Origin: Podarcis cretensis
Taxonomy: Eukaryota
DNA length: 64,000 nt
Reading direction: 5' to 3'
NCBI GenBank assembly: GCA_951804945.1
Contig: OX638150.1
Location: forward strand, 62,682,001 to 62,746,000
The notes under the pieces were generated by a model. The model ran no database searches and was not told the origin of the DNA. It saw nothing but the letters and a program-made list of their open reading frames with translations. Positions within the stretch are counted from its first letter, which is position 1; each line of letters starts with the position of its first letter. Position numbers and translations under genes: made by a program. Shown here piece after piece: positions 11,913-25,800 of the stretch.

Positions 11913-13769
11913 TATGCCCGTAGATCTCAGGGCAGTTCACAGCACATTAGCAGTGATGTCACAGACTGTTTAAAATGTGTTATGGACACTTCTGTAACTA
12001 ACTAGTGAAATGAAACCAGGGGAGGGAGGGAAATCACATGTTCTCAGGAGCAAAACTCTTTTGAGTGCTAGGCAAACTGTATTTCCTGAATGGCAACTTT
12101 ATTTTAATAAATCTTTTTATAACAAATAATCATTATACATGCACTACTTTTCTAAATGGATAGATAGACAGTCTGTGTGGTAAGATAAACTGGGATCTTT
12201 TAAAACACTGTTTGAGAAAACAACACACACATGTATATGAACATTTTCTCCTGATAAAAGAAATGTTAGCATTTTATTGCCACATTACCAACTGAATGTT
12301 TTTGGCTTAATCTCTCTTTCTATATTAAGAGGCCTGTATGCGGCCTGTATGCATATATGTGGGAATTTGCAATGCTTGAAGCACTTATGACATGAGGGAA
12401 AGAACCTGATGAAATATCCCTTCTTATGCAAAGTACTGTAAAGGAACCCAGCTTCACGCTAGGGAGATAGCAGCTGAAATACCTGAAATTCCACTATATA
12501 TAAGCATTTTGCAGACTTTCGCAAGATTTGCAGCTGCAAAGATACAGCTACCGCTACCACATACATATCATGTGTGTAAGATCACTAGCTTCTTCTGCCC
12601 ATATCAAACAAATTACCAGATCCAATCATATTCAACAAGCAAAATTCACAATTAGGCATGAAAATGACCAAGGCTACGGATCTAAGTTAGCTCAACTTAG
12701 GTACCACTGAAATCTGTGGGTAAATTAGTCATGACATTGATTCAACAACCAACACAGTGCAAACCTATGTATTACTCAGAAGTAAGTCACACTGAGTTCA
12801 ATGGGGCTTACTGGATATAGGACTGCAGTCTTAGTCTGGACCCAATCTATTGTCTGCACTGTCCTATGGAGATTAACTTTTGTTGAGAAAAATGAAATGA
12901 TAACACAAGAAAGTATACTTTTGCAGGAAGACTGTGACCGAAAACAACACCACAGCAATACCATTCCTGTGTTTACACAGGCAACACTTACTGTCTTGGA
13001 ACCAAATTTATCTATAATACTAATATATGCTAAACAGATATGCAGCAATTCACAGAGCTGCTTTGCATTGGGCCTTCAAGAATCTGCAGTGCAGATGTAC
13101 TGCATATAGTGTGAATAAATTCAGCTTGTCTCTGGGAGCCAAGCGAATGAGTGGGTATGCTACTGGCATACAGGAATTTTACTTGAAATTAGCTTTTGTT
13201 TAAAACTACCACAAATGTTACAAGTGTAATACTAAGTTGCTGAAATAATGTGGATTAGAGCATCAGCCTCTAGAAAGCAAAATAATTAGCTGCCTTGTTT
13301 AAACTGAAATCCTTTAAAACTGTGCACATATCCTACGAAGCTCTAAAGTAAAATGTTTCAATACCGACATATTATTTACCAAATGAAAATATACAAGTGA
13401 TGTATTAATCAAAAAAGCCTTTCAACAATGTTTTTCGTTTGTTTATTTCCTCCCACGTCAGACGTTGCGAAACTCCACAGAGCCCCTCCTCTGTATTTCA
13501 TTGCCACACACGGGAGGGGCACATTCAAATATACATGTTTACGGGGCACGCATCCCCCAAATTTCACCTCTGTGTTGGTGGTTGGGGCGGGGCGGGATCA
13601 CAAGTCAAGAAGAGCCTGCTGATTTGAAAGCCTTAGGAGAAAGGGGAAACCAGTGTCGAGGCTTTTGCGCACAGGCACCATCACCCAGGGCAGGACCTAA
13701 CCCGTTCAGCACCCAGAAGCATCCTCTCTGGTCTACCTAGGGAAAGGGTGGGGAGGTAGAGACACCCAC

Positions 13770-14700
13770 AGGCAACGGGCGATGCCACTAGCCAACTACT
13801 TGGCTGGATGGGGGGGGGCCACTGGACCTGACACCCGCAAGCCGCAGCGGCCCTGGGCGAAAAGGCCGGACTCCCTGTGCGTTTTAAAGCGAGGGACGAG
13901 GGGCAGCTTGCGGCTGCGAATGCGCTTTCGGGCGCTGCCCTGACTGGGCCCATTCTCTCCCCGAGAGGCCTTCCCAGCAGCGCCTCTGCTGCCCGCGAGG
14001 CCCCGGGCGGCGGCGGCGGCCGACGGACTCCCCTCTTCCAACTCCTCCGGCGGCTCCACTCACCCGTCAGGCCGCCCCCCTTGCCGTGGCCCCGCCGCCG
14101 CTGCAGGAGGAAGAAGGGGTTGGCCCGCTCCGTCACCCACAGCGCGTTGGCCAGCAGCACCTCCTCCGGGCCCAGCCACATAGCGGGGCCGTCGCCGCTG
14201 CGGCGCCACTGCCGCCACCCGGGCACACTCCGCCGTCTCCGAACCGGGACCGGCCCGACAGTCACAGGTGGGTCACGGGGGCTACGCACGTCGCGGACCG
14301 AGCCCGGAGGAGCTGTTGCCTGCCTACTGCGCCCTCTAGCGGCGTGGCTGGCGCACCGCGGCGCAGGGAAAACGGCCATTTTTGTCGTCGTCGTCGTCCC
14401 CCGCACTGCGAAGCTGAGCCGAGTCCAGGCTCTTCCCAAGCCGCCTAAAACCACGACGGTCGTCGCCCTGTGGCTACACGGTCCTACGCACACATTGGGG
14501 AAGTGGGGCTGCATTGCTGCTATACCCGTTCGACCTGGGAGTAACACCCCCTCCCCTCTGAAGTCAGTGGGGCCTTCTCATGAGGAGACCTGACTAGAGT
14601 GGCACCGTCAATCCCGTTGCACCTGGCGAGACTTGGAGTGTGTCGTGCGGTGGGCAAAGCTGTGTGACCCCGCAGACAAAGGCCCTCGCCATCCGGGTAT
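13770..14700. promoter_or_regulatory. CpG island / promoter of TBC1D9B
   Basis: Very GC- and CpG-rich segment spanning exon 1; YY1-like GCCATTTT at ~14375. Confidence 0.85.
14064..14181 (-). CDS. TBC1D9B: TBC1D9B coding exon 1 (118 nt)
   Basis: ATG at 14181; [39 protein letters not shown](G); donor G|GTGAGT; inside CpG island. Confidence 0.96.
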
Positions 14701-16247
14701 TTCAGTTGTTGCAGCTTGGAACCTGGGACTTAAAAAAAATATATTCCCGTTTTTGAGTTTGGGCTCAACCTAGTGTGGCTTTTTGGAGACCCGCCTGCCC
14801 TGTTAGCTGCTTTGGAACCAACGCCCTGCTTTTTCTAATGTCATGGATGCACCAGGGCTAAGCTCAGCTGTTTTGCTACATGAGAGGAAGGGCAAGATGG
14901 CTCCATGTCCAGGCTGGAAGAGTTCACTGTTGGCAGAGGCACAGTTCAATGGCCCCTAAGCAGGAGACTCAGGAGCATACAGGACAGCCTATCTGGCACA
15001 TTGAGAATGCAGCCCTGCAAACACCCTGCTGTTTCTCCCCAGCCCTAGTTGGGGTCTCCGCCTCACTCTGCTAATGGCAGGACCAGCGCTGAGTATCATA
15101 TGCAACCCCAGTCATTTCTTCACATGATAATAGGAACCCACTTTTAAACCAGTCTTCTGACACCTGAGAATGTCCCATCCCCATTTCACACGGCTGAAGG
15201 TCCCACTCCAGCAGTGCATGCCAAATCCATTTGTTGTTCAACAGGCTTGTGCTGCACTGTTTTTTAAAGGACAGGAAGATGGTGGTTCTTTGGGTTAAAG
15301 GTATTTTAGAAAACATATTGTCATTCCACAAGGAGCTCAACGTGGGCCTCAGTCATCTGAAATAGTAGGTAATGCATGTGTAGAACCTCACTGCTTGTGG
15401 GCATGCATTTACAAGGATAAAAACAGGAGACCAAATGCACTTACTTAGTAGTAAGTGGCACTGAACTCAATGGGACTTAATTCTGAGTAGGTATGTCAGA
15501 TTGTGCCATCAAGGGTGGTGGTGGATGGAACTTCTAGAGATCCTGGACATGGAGTTGAGCATCTGAAGAGAGCTATCAACTCATGCTAACAAAAATATTT
15601 TAAAAAGATGTGAATATCTGAAAGGCAGAAATAAGTGGTTTATAAGGAACTGGTATCAGAAAATCAGAACCATCCTTGGTTAAATAGAGGCAATTAGAGC
15701 ATATGGAATCACAACTGGAAGGAAAGCAGTCATCTTTCCATAATCAGGCTAAAAATAATCACAAATCATCTGACAGAGGAGCTGGAAAGGGTACAGAAAA
15801 TAGAATAGGGCCATCACCTCTTTGCCTGGGCCCTTGCTCCTTTAACAGTAATAATAGGAATTAAAGGCCCAGCAAACAACAGAGACAATGCTGCTCTAGA
15901 ATAATGCCTCATACACCTGAGCTTCATGCGTCCAAAACCTGGGAAGGCAAAATGAATAAATATTCCCAGAGGCACAAGGCAATCTGATCTGAGGGAAAAT
16001 TCCTTCTTGACCACAAATACAGCACCTTTGCCACTTGAGCTCATTTACTGCCGCAGGCAGCATTTAGGTTTTGGCACACTACTACAAAAAGCACTGTGTG
16101 GTGGTGTGCTAGTTTGGCACTGCCCAAAACTAACCACATGGCTGGCTTGAGAACTGGACACCACCAGGTTTCATTTAGCAATGAAGACAGGACTGAAATG
16201 AAAGTTGATTCCATCCAATGACCTGTCTGTGACTGTGACCATCTTTG

Positions 16248-16286
<39 letters not shown>

Positions 16287-16595
16287 TTTATTTATATCCC
16301 GCCCTCCCCAGCCGAAGCTGGGCTCAGGGCGGCTAACAACACTAAAACAGTGCAACATTATAAAAACATTATAAAAATTAATTAAAATCAAAATTGATGG
16401 CAGCCATAAACTAAAGTTTTGTAAAGATTGCCAAAGGAGGGAGTCAGGCTGCGCCCTGACCAAAGGCCTGGTGGAACAGCTCTGTCTTGCAGGCCCTGCA
16501 GAAAGATGTCAAGTCCTGCTGGGCCCTTGTCTCTTGTGACAGAGCGTTCCACCGGGTTGGAGCCGCAGCCGAAAAAGCCCTGGCTCTAGTTGATG
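16248..16595 (-). mobile_element. L2-clade LINE 3' end with microsatellite tail
   Basis: Minus-strand RARAFSAAAPTRWNALSQETR...FCRACKTELFHQAF, 3' stem gttagccgccctgagccc...gggcgggatataaat, then (TAT)n. Confidence 0.82.
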
Positions 16596-19500
16596 TGCCA
16601 GCACCCCTCCCACCACTGCATAAATAAATAAATATTATATAGAAAGCACTCATGGAACAGGAAGATACCTTTTCCCTCACCACCACTGCTGCTCTGACAG
16701 CAAGAAGCTGTTGTTGCAATCATCCACATCAGTAGCATGGGCAACTAAATAATAATAAATAGTAATAATAATAAAGGGCTAGCATGGTTTGTGCTGAATT
16801 AGAATCAATGTCTGATGCCATATGAGAAGCAATTCCCTGCTGAACGACTGAGGCGACAGATTCTTTTACCACATTACCTGTTTTAGAGCACTGCAATATC
16901 TATTAATAAGTTCTCATTCTTCTGAATGTAGTGGCACCTGTACAGTTACTTCTCCACAACATTCCTGAGCTGCAACAACCCATTTTGTTTTAGTGCTTAT
17001 TACAATTCTTGAAGCACAAAGGATTGCTCACCTTGTTGTTTTTCTGAAGCTAACTTACAAAAGGCATGGATAAATCTTCTGAAATGCCTAGTGTTCACTT
17101 AAATGTCTCTCTGCCAGAATGACAGCATTTGTCAGGGCAATTCACAAAACAAAGCAGTAGATGGATTAAACAACTCCCTTGGGATGCACTAAACTAAAGC
17201 TATTCACTATTCCTGATAAAATAGGAGAAAACATTTAAATTATATTCTATGTTGCATATTGGCAAAAGCCACAAATCTTGGACTTAATATGCAGTCCTGT
17301 TCCTATCTCTAGCTATGCAGTATTGGAATTGGTCTCTTTCTGCCCTCTGCCCTTTTCCTGAATAAATATTAGCTGCCATTTGTTTTAAGCCTACTGAGAC
17401 AATGACTGCATGACATAGATGCACCGGTTCCAATTTGCTTCTGAGCTCAATTCAAAGTGTTGGTGATTTCCGTTAAAGTCCTAAACTGCTTAGGTATGAG
17501 ATACCTTAGGCCAGAGGTTCCCAACTCACCCCACCCTCCATGGAACACTTAAAATATTGCTAAATAGGGTCTTACCGGACCATTTAATAATTCTGTTGTA
17601 ACAATTGTAATACAATGTGCTAGATGTGCTAAATTTCATTGCTTCTTTTATTTTAATTTTAGTGTATTACCATTTTAATTCCATAGAATTAAAATATTTA
17701 CAATAAATATTAATATTATAATCAAATTAATGGCTGTGCCATCTCCAGTCTTCAGCCACAAATCCACAGACATGCCTGAATGAGGCTCATAGACCACTAG
17801 TGGTCTATAGACAAGAGTTAGACCTTAAGATTTAGGGATTGCTCCTTCTTCCTATATTATCTTGCCTTACTATTCTTCTTAACTGCCTGCTGTAAAATTG
17901 CTGAACACCATAGAACACAAAATTGACTATGTGAAAGTACAGTTTGTGAAGTATCATGAGATGAGAATCAGGCAGACGAGCTTATTTTTAATTTGTCCAC
18001 TGGTTCCTTATCTGCCATGTGGTCACATGATATCTAAGTATAACAGGAAATAAAATGCACGAAGAGCCATCTGAGATACCTAGAAGATAATTTTCTGTGT
18101 GCCGAAGATTTCATCCATTTTCTTGAAACACTGGAGAACAGGTATCTCAGATTGTCTCACCAGTTGTGCACTGGGATTTGCCAGGCAGTGAAATTCTCAC
18201 ATATACAGAGCAATGGAACACCATTAAGCAGGCATAGGCTGTTTTTAAATAGCTTTTTATTGAAATGTATTACATTAGCAAATCCTAACTTAAAGGTATA
18301 CACTATTAACATATCAGCATATACCACATAGCTACAATATAGTAGTATACTTACATCAAAATATGTAGACTAAGAATTTTTGTGGCTGCCAAGCTACAGC
18401 TTATCACACAGATTTTAAAGTTTAGATTGTCAAGAGGGTGGCATACTGCCTGCACATGCCTAGATTAGAAACAAGGCAAATAATCCTTTTCACTTTGCCA
18501 GACCTCTAGTAGCTTGTTTGTATTTTTCGGCTCTCTGTTGTTCATACTGGTATAATTCACAATATGGCAATGAGGAATTCAAATACATAGGCCCTGCCAT
18601 TGTATTTTACATACACGCTGTTTGATAGTTTAATCACTTTCACTCATCACATTGCAAAAGACCTGTTAAAAGTTATTCTCACTGCATTTTGTGCATAGTT
18701 AATCTTGGCCTGTACCTGGGGATCCTGAGCAGACACTTGAGCCTTGCTTACAGAGTTATCCACTTAAATTTTCTATCTGGGCTAACAGTCTGGATTCAAG
18801 ACTGCTGGTTGTAGTTACATGAGCTCAAATCATGATTAAGCACATCCACTGAACTGTGTGCTGATACAAATGTAAACTGTTGGTTCAGCGTAACTAAATA
18901 TCCATATAAATAGTATCTATGGATAACCACAAACCTAAGGATTGCATGCATAGCCCTTAAGTGGCACAAAAAGGGCATCTAGCAGATATCCATTTATTTT
19001 GCTGCTAAGTTGACCAAACAACTGGGATACCGCTAGCTTTGTGCACTTCAGAAAAGTTTTTTTCTCCCAACATATAAGGCTTAGTGCAGCAATTTTAATC
19101 ACCAGAGTGAGCAATGTGCAGATGTAGAGAAGAGAGGAAAGCAGGTCAAATGTTTAATTCTGGTGGCAGCATTTCCTCTTAAACCCACAAGTGTTGATTT
19201 CCAAATATCCACAGATTTTCTCCTCCCCCTCTTTTTCTTGGCTGGGCTCCTGTGGTTTCAGTTGCTGCATGACAAGAAGGAACTTAGCAACTGCAGCTCT
19301 CCCCCCCCCCCCAAAAAAATGACTGCATCTTTATGCCAAGAGAAGTTGTACAAGTTGCATTTTAGCCTGGCATACAGCTATGAAAGGCACAGGAACTCTT
19401 TCAGAAAAAGCTGGCAAAGCCTTCATATACAGCAGAGGTGGTGTACCTCTGACCATTAGCTATACTGTCTGAGACTGATGGGAGCTGGATTCCAACAATA

Positions 19501-22500
19501 TTTGGAGAGTTGCAGATTAGCCACCCTTGATATACAGTGTCTGGATAAAGCCCAGGTATGAGGGTTATTCATCATGCTCCTGTTAATTATAACCACCACC
19601 ACCATATCTAAGACAGCACAGCCTAACTACCACATAGCAAGTGTCTCTTCACTTCAGTTCCCAGAACTGAAGGAAACTTCACTGACCTTGGAAGTGGGGC
19701 AGCCAGAGCCATTCCAAATGATTAGATTATATGCTAGAAAAATGGCAACTCTTTTCTCCAAGCTACAGAGCTGAGTGACAGTTATTTGACATGTGCTTTT
19801 CGTTAATGCAGATCAACCTCATCAGTGTGTTAACAAATGTGATAGCTGGTGTGTGTTTTTTAGGTTCTTATGCCCCCTTACAGGGATTGTCAGAAGTGCT
19901 CAAATTACAGGGAGCTCGGAGAGGGCCTGATCCCCTTCACTACTGTTTTTGGGAGAGTGCAGGGGGCCCATGATCTGACTAAAATTGGGCAGTCTCAGGA
20001 GTTGAGGCTTGTGGGTTTTATAAAGGACCACTATCTTCTTTCCCCCCATAATTTGAGCAGATCTCAACATAATAAGAACATGGTTTTAGCAATCTAGGTG
20101 CTTGATGGAACACAACTTCAATAGCTGGCATTTGCTAAAATCCCATCATTGACATGACTGGCAATTCTAACGGGAGAATCATTGACCCTTTATACTAGCG
20201 TAGACATTCTGAACTCATTGGGAGTATGCCAATTTAGTGAGTCAGCAGATCATCCCTTTAAAATGCCATTCCACTGTATTCTATTGTCTGGATACATCAA
20301 AAGAAATAACATTTAGGAGAGTTACAAGCATGGCCCATCAAGCATAAGTGAACAAACACTAAATAATAAAAAGAGAGGCAGACAATCAGAGTAAAGATAC
20401 AATAACAGATCACAACGCTTTAGCCAACATGGTCCAGCACCCCAGAGGGCCTGACATCTATAGGGAAAACTGGGAAGATATATAAGCAAACAAGCGAACA
20501 AACATGTAAGCATTTACATAGCACCATCCATGCAAGAAGCTTGCCATTCTTAATAAATATTAATGATTGAAGTCTCACACTATTCCTGTGAGGTAGGTAT
20601 TATTACCATATTATATGAGGAAACAGAAGCATTGAACATAACTTGCTTGTTTAGCGCTTGGATGGAACTAGATATTTCCTGTTCAAAAACTCACTTGTTT
20701 CCCGCCTGGTGCATGTGAATCCCACACCAGATCATCATCTTTTTACTGAACTGATAGGAAAGGGAGCTAAGCCCCTCCTATAGCAAATGCACAGGTGTGC
20801 TAATAGCAATACATCATGTACATTCTGCTAATTGTGCCAGTTTCAGAACACAGTAAAATCTGAGTTTACATACTGCTAGTTTACTGCAGGTCAGTTTCAA
20901 CTGATGTCATCCCCCTGCAGTCTAAGCTGAAATATCAGGGAACCTATGCTTTAAATAGCCACGTGACAGAGGGGAACACAAGAGGTGCAGCTCCCCCCCC
21001 CATCACTGCAACTGTATACTAGGATAAGCTTTACAAATGGAGCACTGCCAAAAACAGGCTGTGTGGTTCAAGTGGCACTGTTTTGAAGAGAAGCAGCTAT
21101 CCTTGGTACAACTGCACTACCCATTAGTGCAGTTGTGCTGCTTCAGTACAACTATAATACAGTTTTGACTGCACCAATCAACTGCAATAAATAAATACAA
21201 TCTAAGAGGGTGTGAAGCCCTTTCCACACATACGGGAGAGTCAGGAGGGTAGACAAGCCTTCTAACTGCAAATGTTTTACAGGCGAAGTACAGCTTGAAA
21301 AAGGAACAATAAAACCAAACTACTCTCTTGTTAGCTGCTAAGTTTTGTACAGAAAGGATTATGCCTATTTCATTTACCCCAATAGCACCTAGTAGAAGGC
21401 CATCCATAATATGCCGATTTCACCAAATAATAGGTCAGTTGAAGAAAAGGTTAAAGGGGGGGGGGGGGGATACAGCATTGTCTGCTTGAAAAGTTGCTAT
21501 ATATCTGTTTTTCTTTCCTATGTAGGCCAAACAATAGGACTTGACGAGTTTTCTCTGTTTAAACATCAGATGAATGCCTGGAGAGCTGATTTACCCCCTT
21601 CTTCCCCACTAGATGTCACTGTAAACAACTGAACGTCATGGAACCATGATGCAGATGCTTCTTAGTTACTTTGTTTAATCTCTGTACATTCACATAGGGC
21701 ATATCAATGCAGTCTTGCTGCGAAAACAGAGTCTTTGTATAGGCCTTCATGTTTTAAATATGTTGATATGCCCTCTGGATAGAGATGGACTCATAACTAC
21801 TGTGAAAAACAGTATTATTGGGTGTGGGAGGGTGTGGCACACAAGTTAGAACATGAATCAGAAAGTGAGCAAGGGAAATTATTGAGTAGGAGGAATAATT
21901 AGGAAGCAACAATGAATGGAACAAGTTACTAAGGGAGTCTCTGTCACTGGGCATTTTTAAACAAGGTTAGAGAAATATTTTTTATGGTGGTTTATATGTA
22001 AATACACTTATTCAGGAGTAGATAGATTAGATGCCTTATGACCTTCCAGCTCTAAAATTGTGCAAAACAAGCCTACCAGCTTCCTTTATCACAACCAATA
22101 AAAACACAGATGCCAAGGGAAAGTGGTTTGCCTGTGGAAGGAAGAACACTAGCTGTCTAAAGTCCAGGAATGGATAAAAATGCTCATCTTTAAAAGTGGG
22201 AAGGCACCAGCTTTTACTATCCTTTTCCATGCTCACACACTTTGCTGATTGCATTAGTCAATGGTTATTTTTAGTCCAGGCTAGATTGAATACACCCTTC
22301 TCTTTCTGGCACAAAGGCAGCAATAGTGGTATAAAACACTTTCATTTATTTGTAGGGTGGATATGTCCATGGGTTACTATTCTGCCTAACTAAAGTATTT
22401 GCACTCCTAAATCAACAAACTATTTGCCCAAAGTTACTGTTTTACCCACATTTTTGCCCTCACTGCAACAGTCTATTTGTATGTGTATGGTTCCTATTCC

Positions 22501-22691
22501 TATTCACATTTTTAAAAATCGCATTTTCTTAGGGCTGTTAATCTTAATTGTGCGTGCCTATCTCCTAGGAATTTACAAGTGAAACAGGCTTTTAATATAC
22601 GCACACCTTTTAAAAATAGTTTGTGGATAATGGTCTTGTTCATATATTAGCCCTCAATCCTGTGAATACACTGGAGAAGAAGGTGCATATC

Positions 22692-22837
22692 AGCCTGGAT
22701 AGCTCAGTTGGTTATGTGGTGCTGATAATGCCAAGGTTGCAGGTTTGATCCCCATCTGGGACAGCTGCCTATTCCTGCATTGCAGGGTGTTGGACTAGAT
22801 GATCCTCAGGGTCCCTTCCAACTCTATGATTCTATGA
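22692..22837 (+). mobile_element. tRNA-Ile-derived SINE with CR1-type 3' tail
   Basis: Head tagctcagttggtt..gtggtgctgataatgccaaggttgcaggtttgatcccc resembles tRNA-Ile; tail ggactagatgatcctcagggtcccttccaactctatgattctatga is the CR1 3' end. Confidence 0.85.
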
Positions 22838-25800
22838 CTTGACATGCCCTATAACTATCCCTCCTCTCCCTCCCACCCCTGCCCCATGAACATAAGATGA
22901 GACAGAGTGTCTCATGCAGAGGCAAGGGGAAATCATGTGAAACTGGCTTGTGAAATCAAGTTGTGAAATTTGGGCCTTTTTGTGAACTGTTCGCTGTATG
23001 CGATGCGTGGTGTTATGCGGTGGGTGAGAAGAGTACATGTCTGCTCCACAATGCGAAAATGCCTGTTAAGTGTGTGGACCAGACCACAGTCTATCATTGC
23101 TACAATTTCTTCCAGTTGCAATAATAAACGCCAGAAAAGTAACAGGAAAAGGAGAGGACGTAGCTTCTATCAATTGAGCCACAGTTTACTTTACTTGTAA
23201 TAGTATAGCCTCTACATACCTGTGCAGTTCTTGAACAAAGCGACAGTTAGGGAATTAGATAATAAAAACAATATAAGTCTGCTAAAATGCATTCTTAACT
23301 AGGTAAATTAGTTATACACATATAGGGGAAAAACATTGAGCAAGGATGTGTGCAATTAACTAATCTTTCAAATGAACTGCCTGAAATCTTTGGGAGTGTA
23401 ATAAATTTAGAAACAGACATGCCCCACCCCCGTGCCTGCATTACCTGTTTTTGTGCTACCTATAATAAGTAGCCACACCCAGATATTAATAAAATGCATG
23501 CTCTCTAGAAAGTTGCAGAGCAGGACCCAGTCTCTGTAGTTGGCTAGGGGTCCTTGTGCAATGCTGGATGGCAAGGCACATGAAGAATCCCTTTGGGAAG
23601 AGCCACTTTCTCACATTTTTTTCCTTACATGGGATAGATAAACTCTGAAGAAAAAAAACGTGTATAGCACAATTCTTATATTGGGCTAAGTATCTGCTGC
23701 ACTTTTCAAGTGAGAAGACTGAACAGCCATTTCACATGTAATAAAAACATCTTTAAAAACTATGCAAGCTGTTTTTTTGCTTGGAGTGTAGCCACATATA
23801 AGCAGGATGGGAGTTTTAAAACTTGTGATTATGTACAAGCCGATTTCCCCAGTTGTCTGTTTATTTTAAAAATACTGTTTTTCACAACAGTGTCAAAGGC
23901 AAAATAGTAGGTTCACAAGACCAAATCCATCTCAACCCCACCCTACCCACCCCAAATTTGGGCTGATTATGTACAAACATTCTAGTCTTGAGAATGAATC
24001 AACGTGTGCTCACATCATGGTCTGACCTGTATTCAGAAATCTTGATTATTATTTTTTTTAAAACCCCATCTTGGGCTAAATAAAAGAGTGAATGATACTG
24101 TCAAGATAAAATAAATGTCCCTGAACGTAAGCCACCATTGTTCTTAAAGGGCAATACATAATACTTAAATTAGAGCTCACCCCCCTACTGCATTCTCTCT
24201 CAAGATAGCAAAATATTTTATGTTTGGGAAGATTTATAGGGGAAGGAGGCTCTTGATGACATCTACTTAAGGAATCATTGAAGTTTAAGCAGCACTAGGC
24301 TTTTCCAAAGGGTGCTTTCTTGTGAATTCTGGGGGCTGGTTTGTTTGCTTTTATTGTTCAGAGGGATACTACAATTTACAGCTCAGACAAAAGCCACATT
24401 TGAAAAGCTACAATTGAAGGCTTTTCTTGATTGCTGCCCATTCCCAAGTTATCAGGACACAGAATATGCTCCAGTGGCAACTGTCAAGGTTCTTCATGAG
24501 CCAAGACATGTTGCACGGCCGCAGTAGGGCGCAACATTCTGAGTCAGACAGATAACTCAATAGTAACTACAGTTTGTTTAAGGCTTCCATGTTTCCCTTT
24601 CATTGCTCTATTTTCTTAGCTTCAGGCACTGCCACCAATGCCTCAGATACCAAAGAGAAATATTAGTGTAGTGGCCAGCTGTAGTTCACTGAATTCTGAT
24701 TGCCCTGCCTCATGTTCTAAAAAGGAGAGAGGGCAGAGCATAGCTCAGTGATAAAACATAGGTTTCGCATGCAGAAGATACCAAACTCATCCATGGTAGT
24801 GCCTCTATTTTAAAGCATTTGGGGCAGCAGGCCTGGGATTTGGGGCAGCTAGCAGCCAGAACAGGCAATATGATGCTAGAGGAGCCAATGATCTGACTTT
24901 ATAGCAGCAGCTGTATAAGTTCAAACAATAGATCTCTCCTTGATTTGGAGAGCAAACATTGTTTATAGCTAGCAAACAATGCCCTAAATCCTAAGTTGCC
25001 TTATTCATCTATATAGAATGATTCCAGCTTGAAAATTCATTAAGTTAGGAGGAGGAGAAGCCTGGATCTTGCTAAAAACGGTATAAATTTGGTCAAAATA
25101 GTGGCCTGAATCTGTTAAAAACATGACTATGATATTACCATTCACCTGTTAAAATGCAAATACAAAGGAATGTAATTACACTTAAATCTCATTGAAATCA
25201 ACCACTGATAGAACTACATTTTCTCTGGAATGGGCCCTCTGTGCACAAAGAATTATTGGTATTTTTGCTTCCAATTAGCATTTTCTAAAAGTTTATCCAG
25301 TTAATATATTTTATTGCCTTTCAGGCTATGGGCCTACACAGTGACCTTTGAACATTCCACAACATCCTGCCAAACATGCAGTCTTAAATACTTCAATGTT
25401 ATGGCTGTAAGAATTCAGTAAAGTTCAGTAACGGTTCAGTTTTAAAATTAACTTCAGCTAGTTAAAATTTTAAAATCAGGTAAACTACTGTGATTTATTA
25501 CATGTGAATAATTGCAGATGTATAGTTTAAAGGGATTGGGCAGGGGCAGAACCTGTTTTAGGCATTTTTTAATCAAGATTCTAGCTATGCACTAAAAACT
25601 CTGCAATACGAGAGCACTTTACATACACTTCTTTCATAAGATGCTTTCTTGCCATCAGAGAAATGTATGGTATTGGCAGATTGTAAAAGGAAAAATGAAT
25701 GCTAGACTTCGTGTGTCCATTTAAATAATATCATTGTAATCATGTAATCAGTATTACTGATTTTCTCCACTAAATCATCTAACTTTCATTCACAATACTT

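Larger units (their letters stand above)
3103..14181 (-). other. TBC1D9B: TBC1D9B gene model, 5' part (coding exons 1-7, 1257 nt = 419 aa); remainder including the TBC domain lies left of the window
   Basis: join(complement 14064-14181, 8898-9008, 7615-7733, 5978-6206, 5265-5523, 3969-4176, 3103-3315) gives an open frame [24 protein letters not shown]...DFLQKTPSKQ matching recalled human TBC1D9B; adjacency to RNF130 supports 9B over TBC1D8/8B/9. Confidence 0.95.

Noticed and set aside
13681-14593. 288-aa (-) and 238-aa (+) ORFs over the TBC1D9B promoter
   Set aside because: CpG-island artefacts; only 14064-14181 is real coding sequence
22692-22765. tRNA-Ile(GAT) gene
   Set aside because: Deletion after the D-arm, broken stems and a fused CR1 tail indicate a SINE
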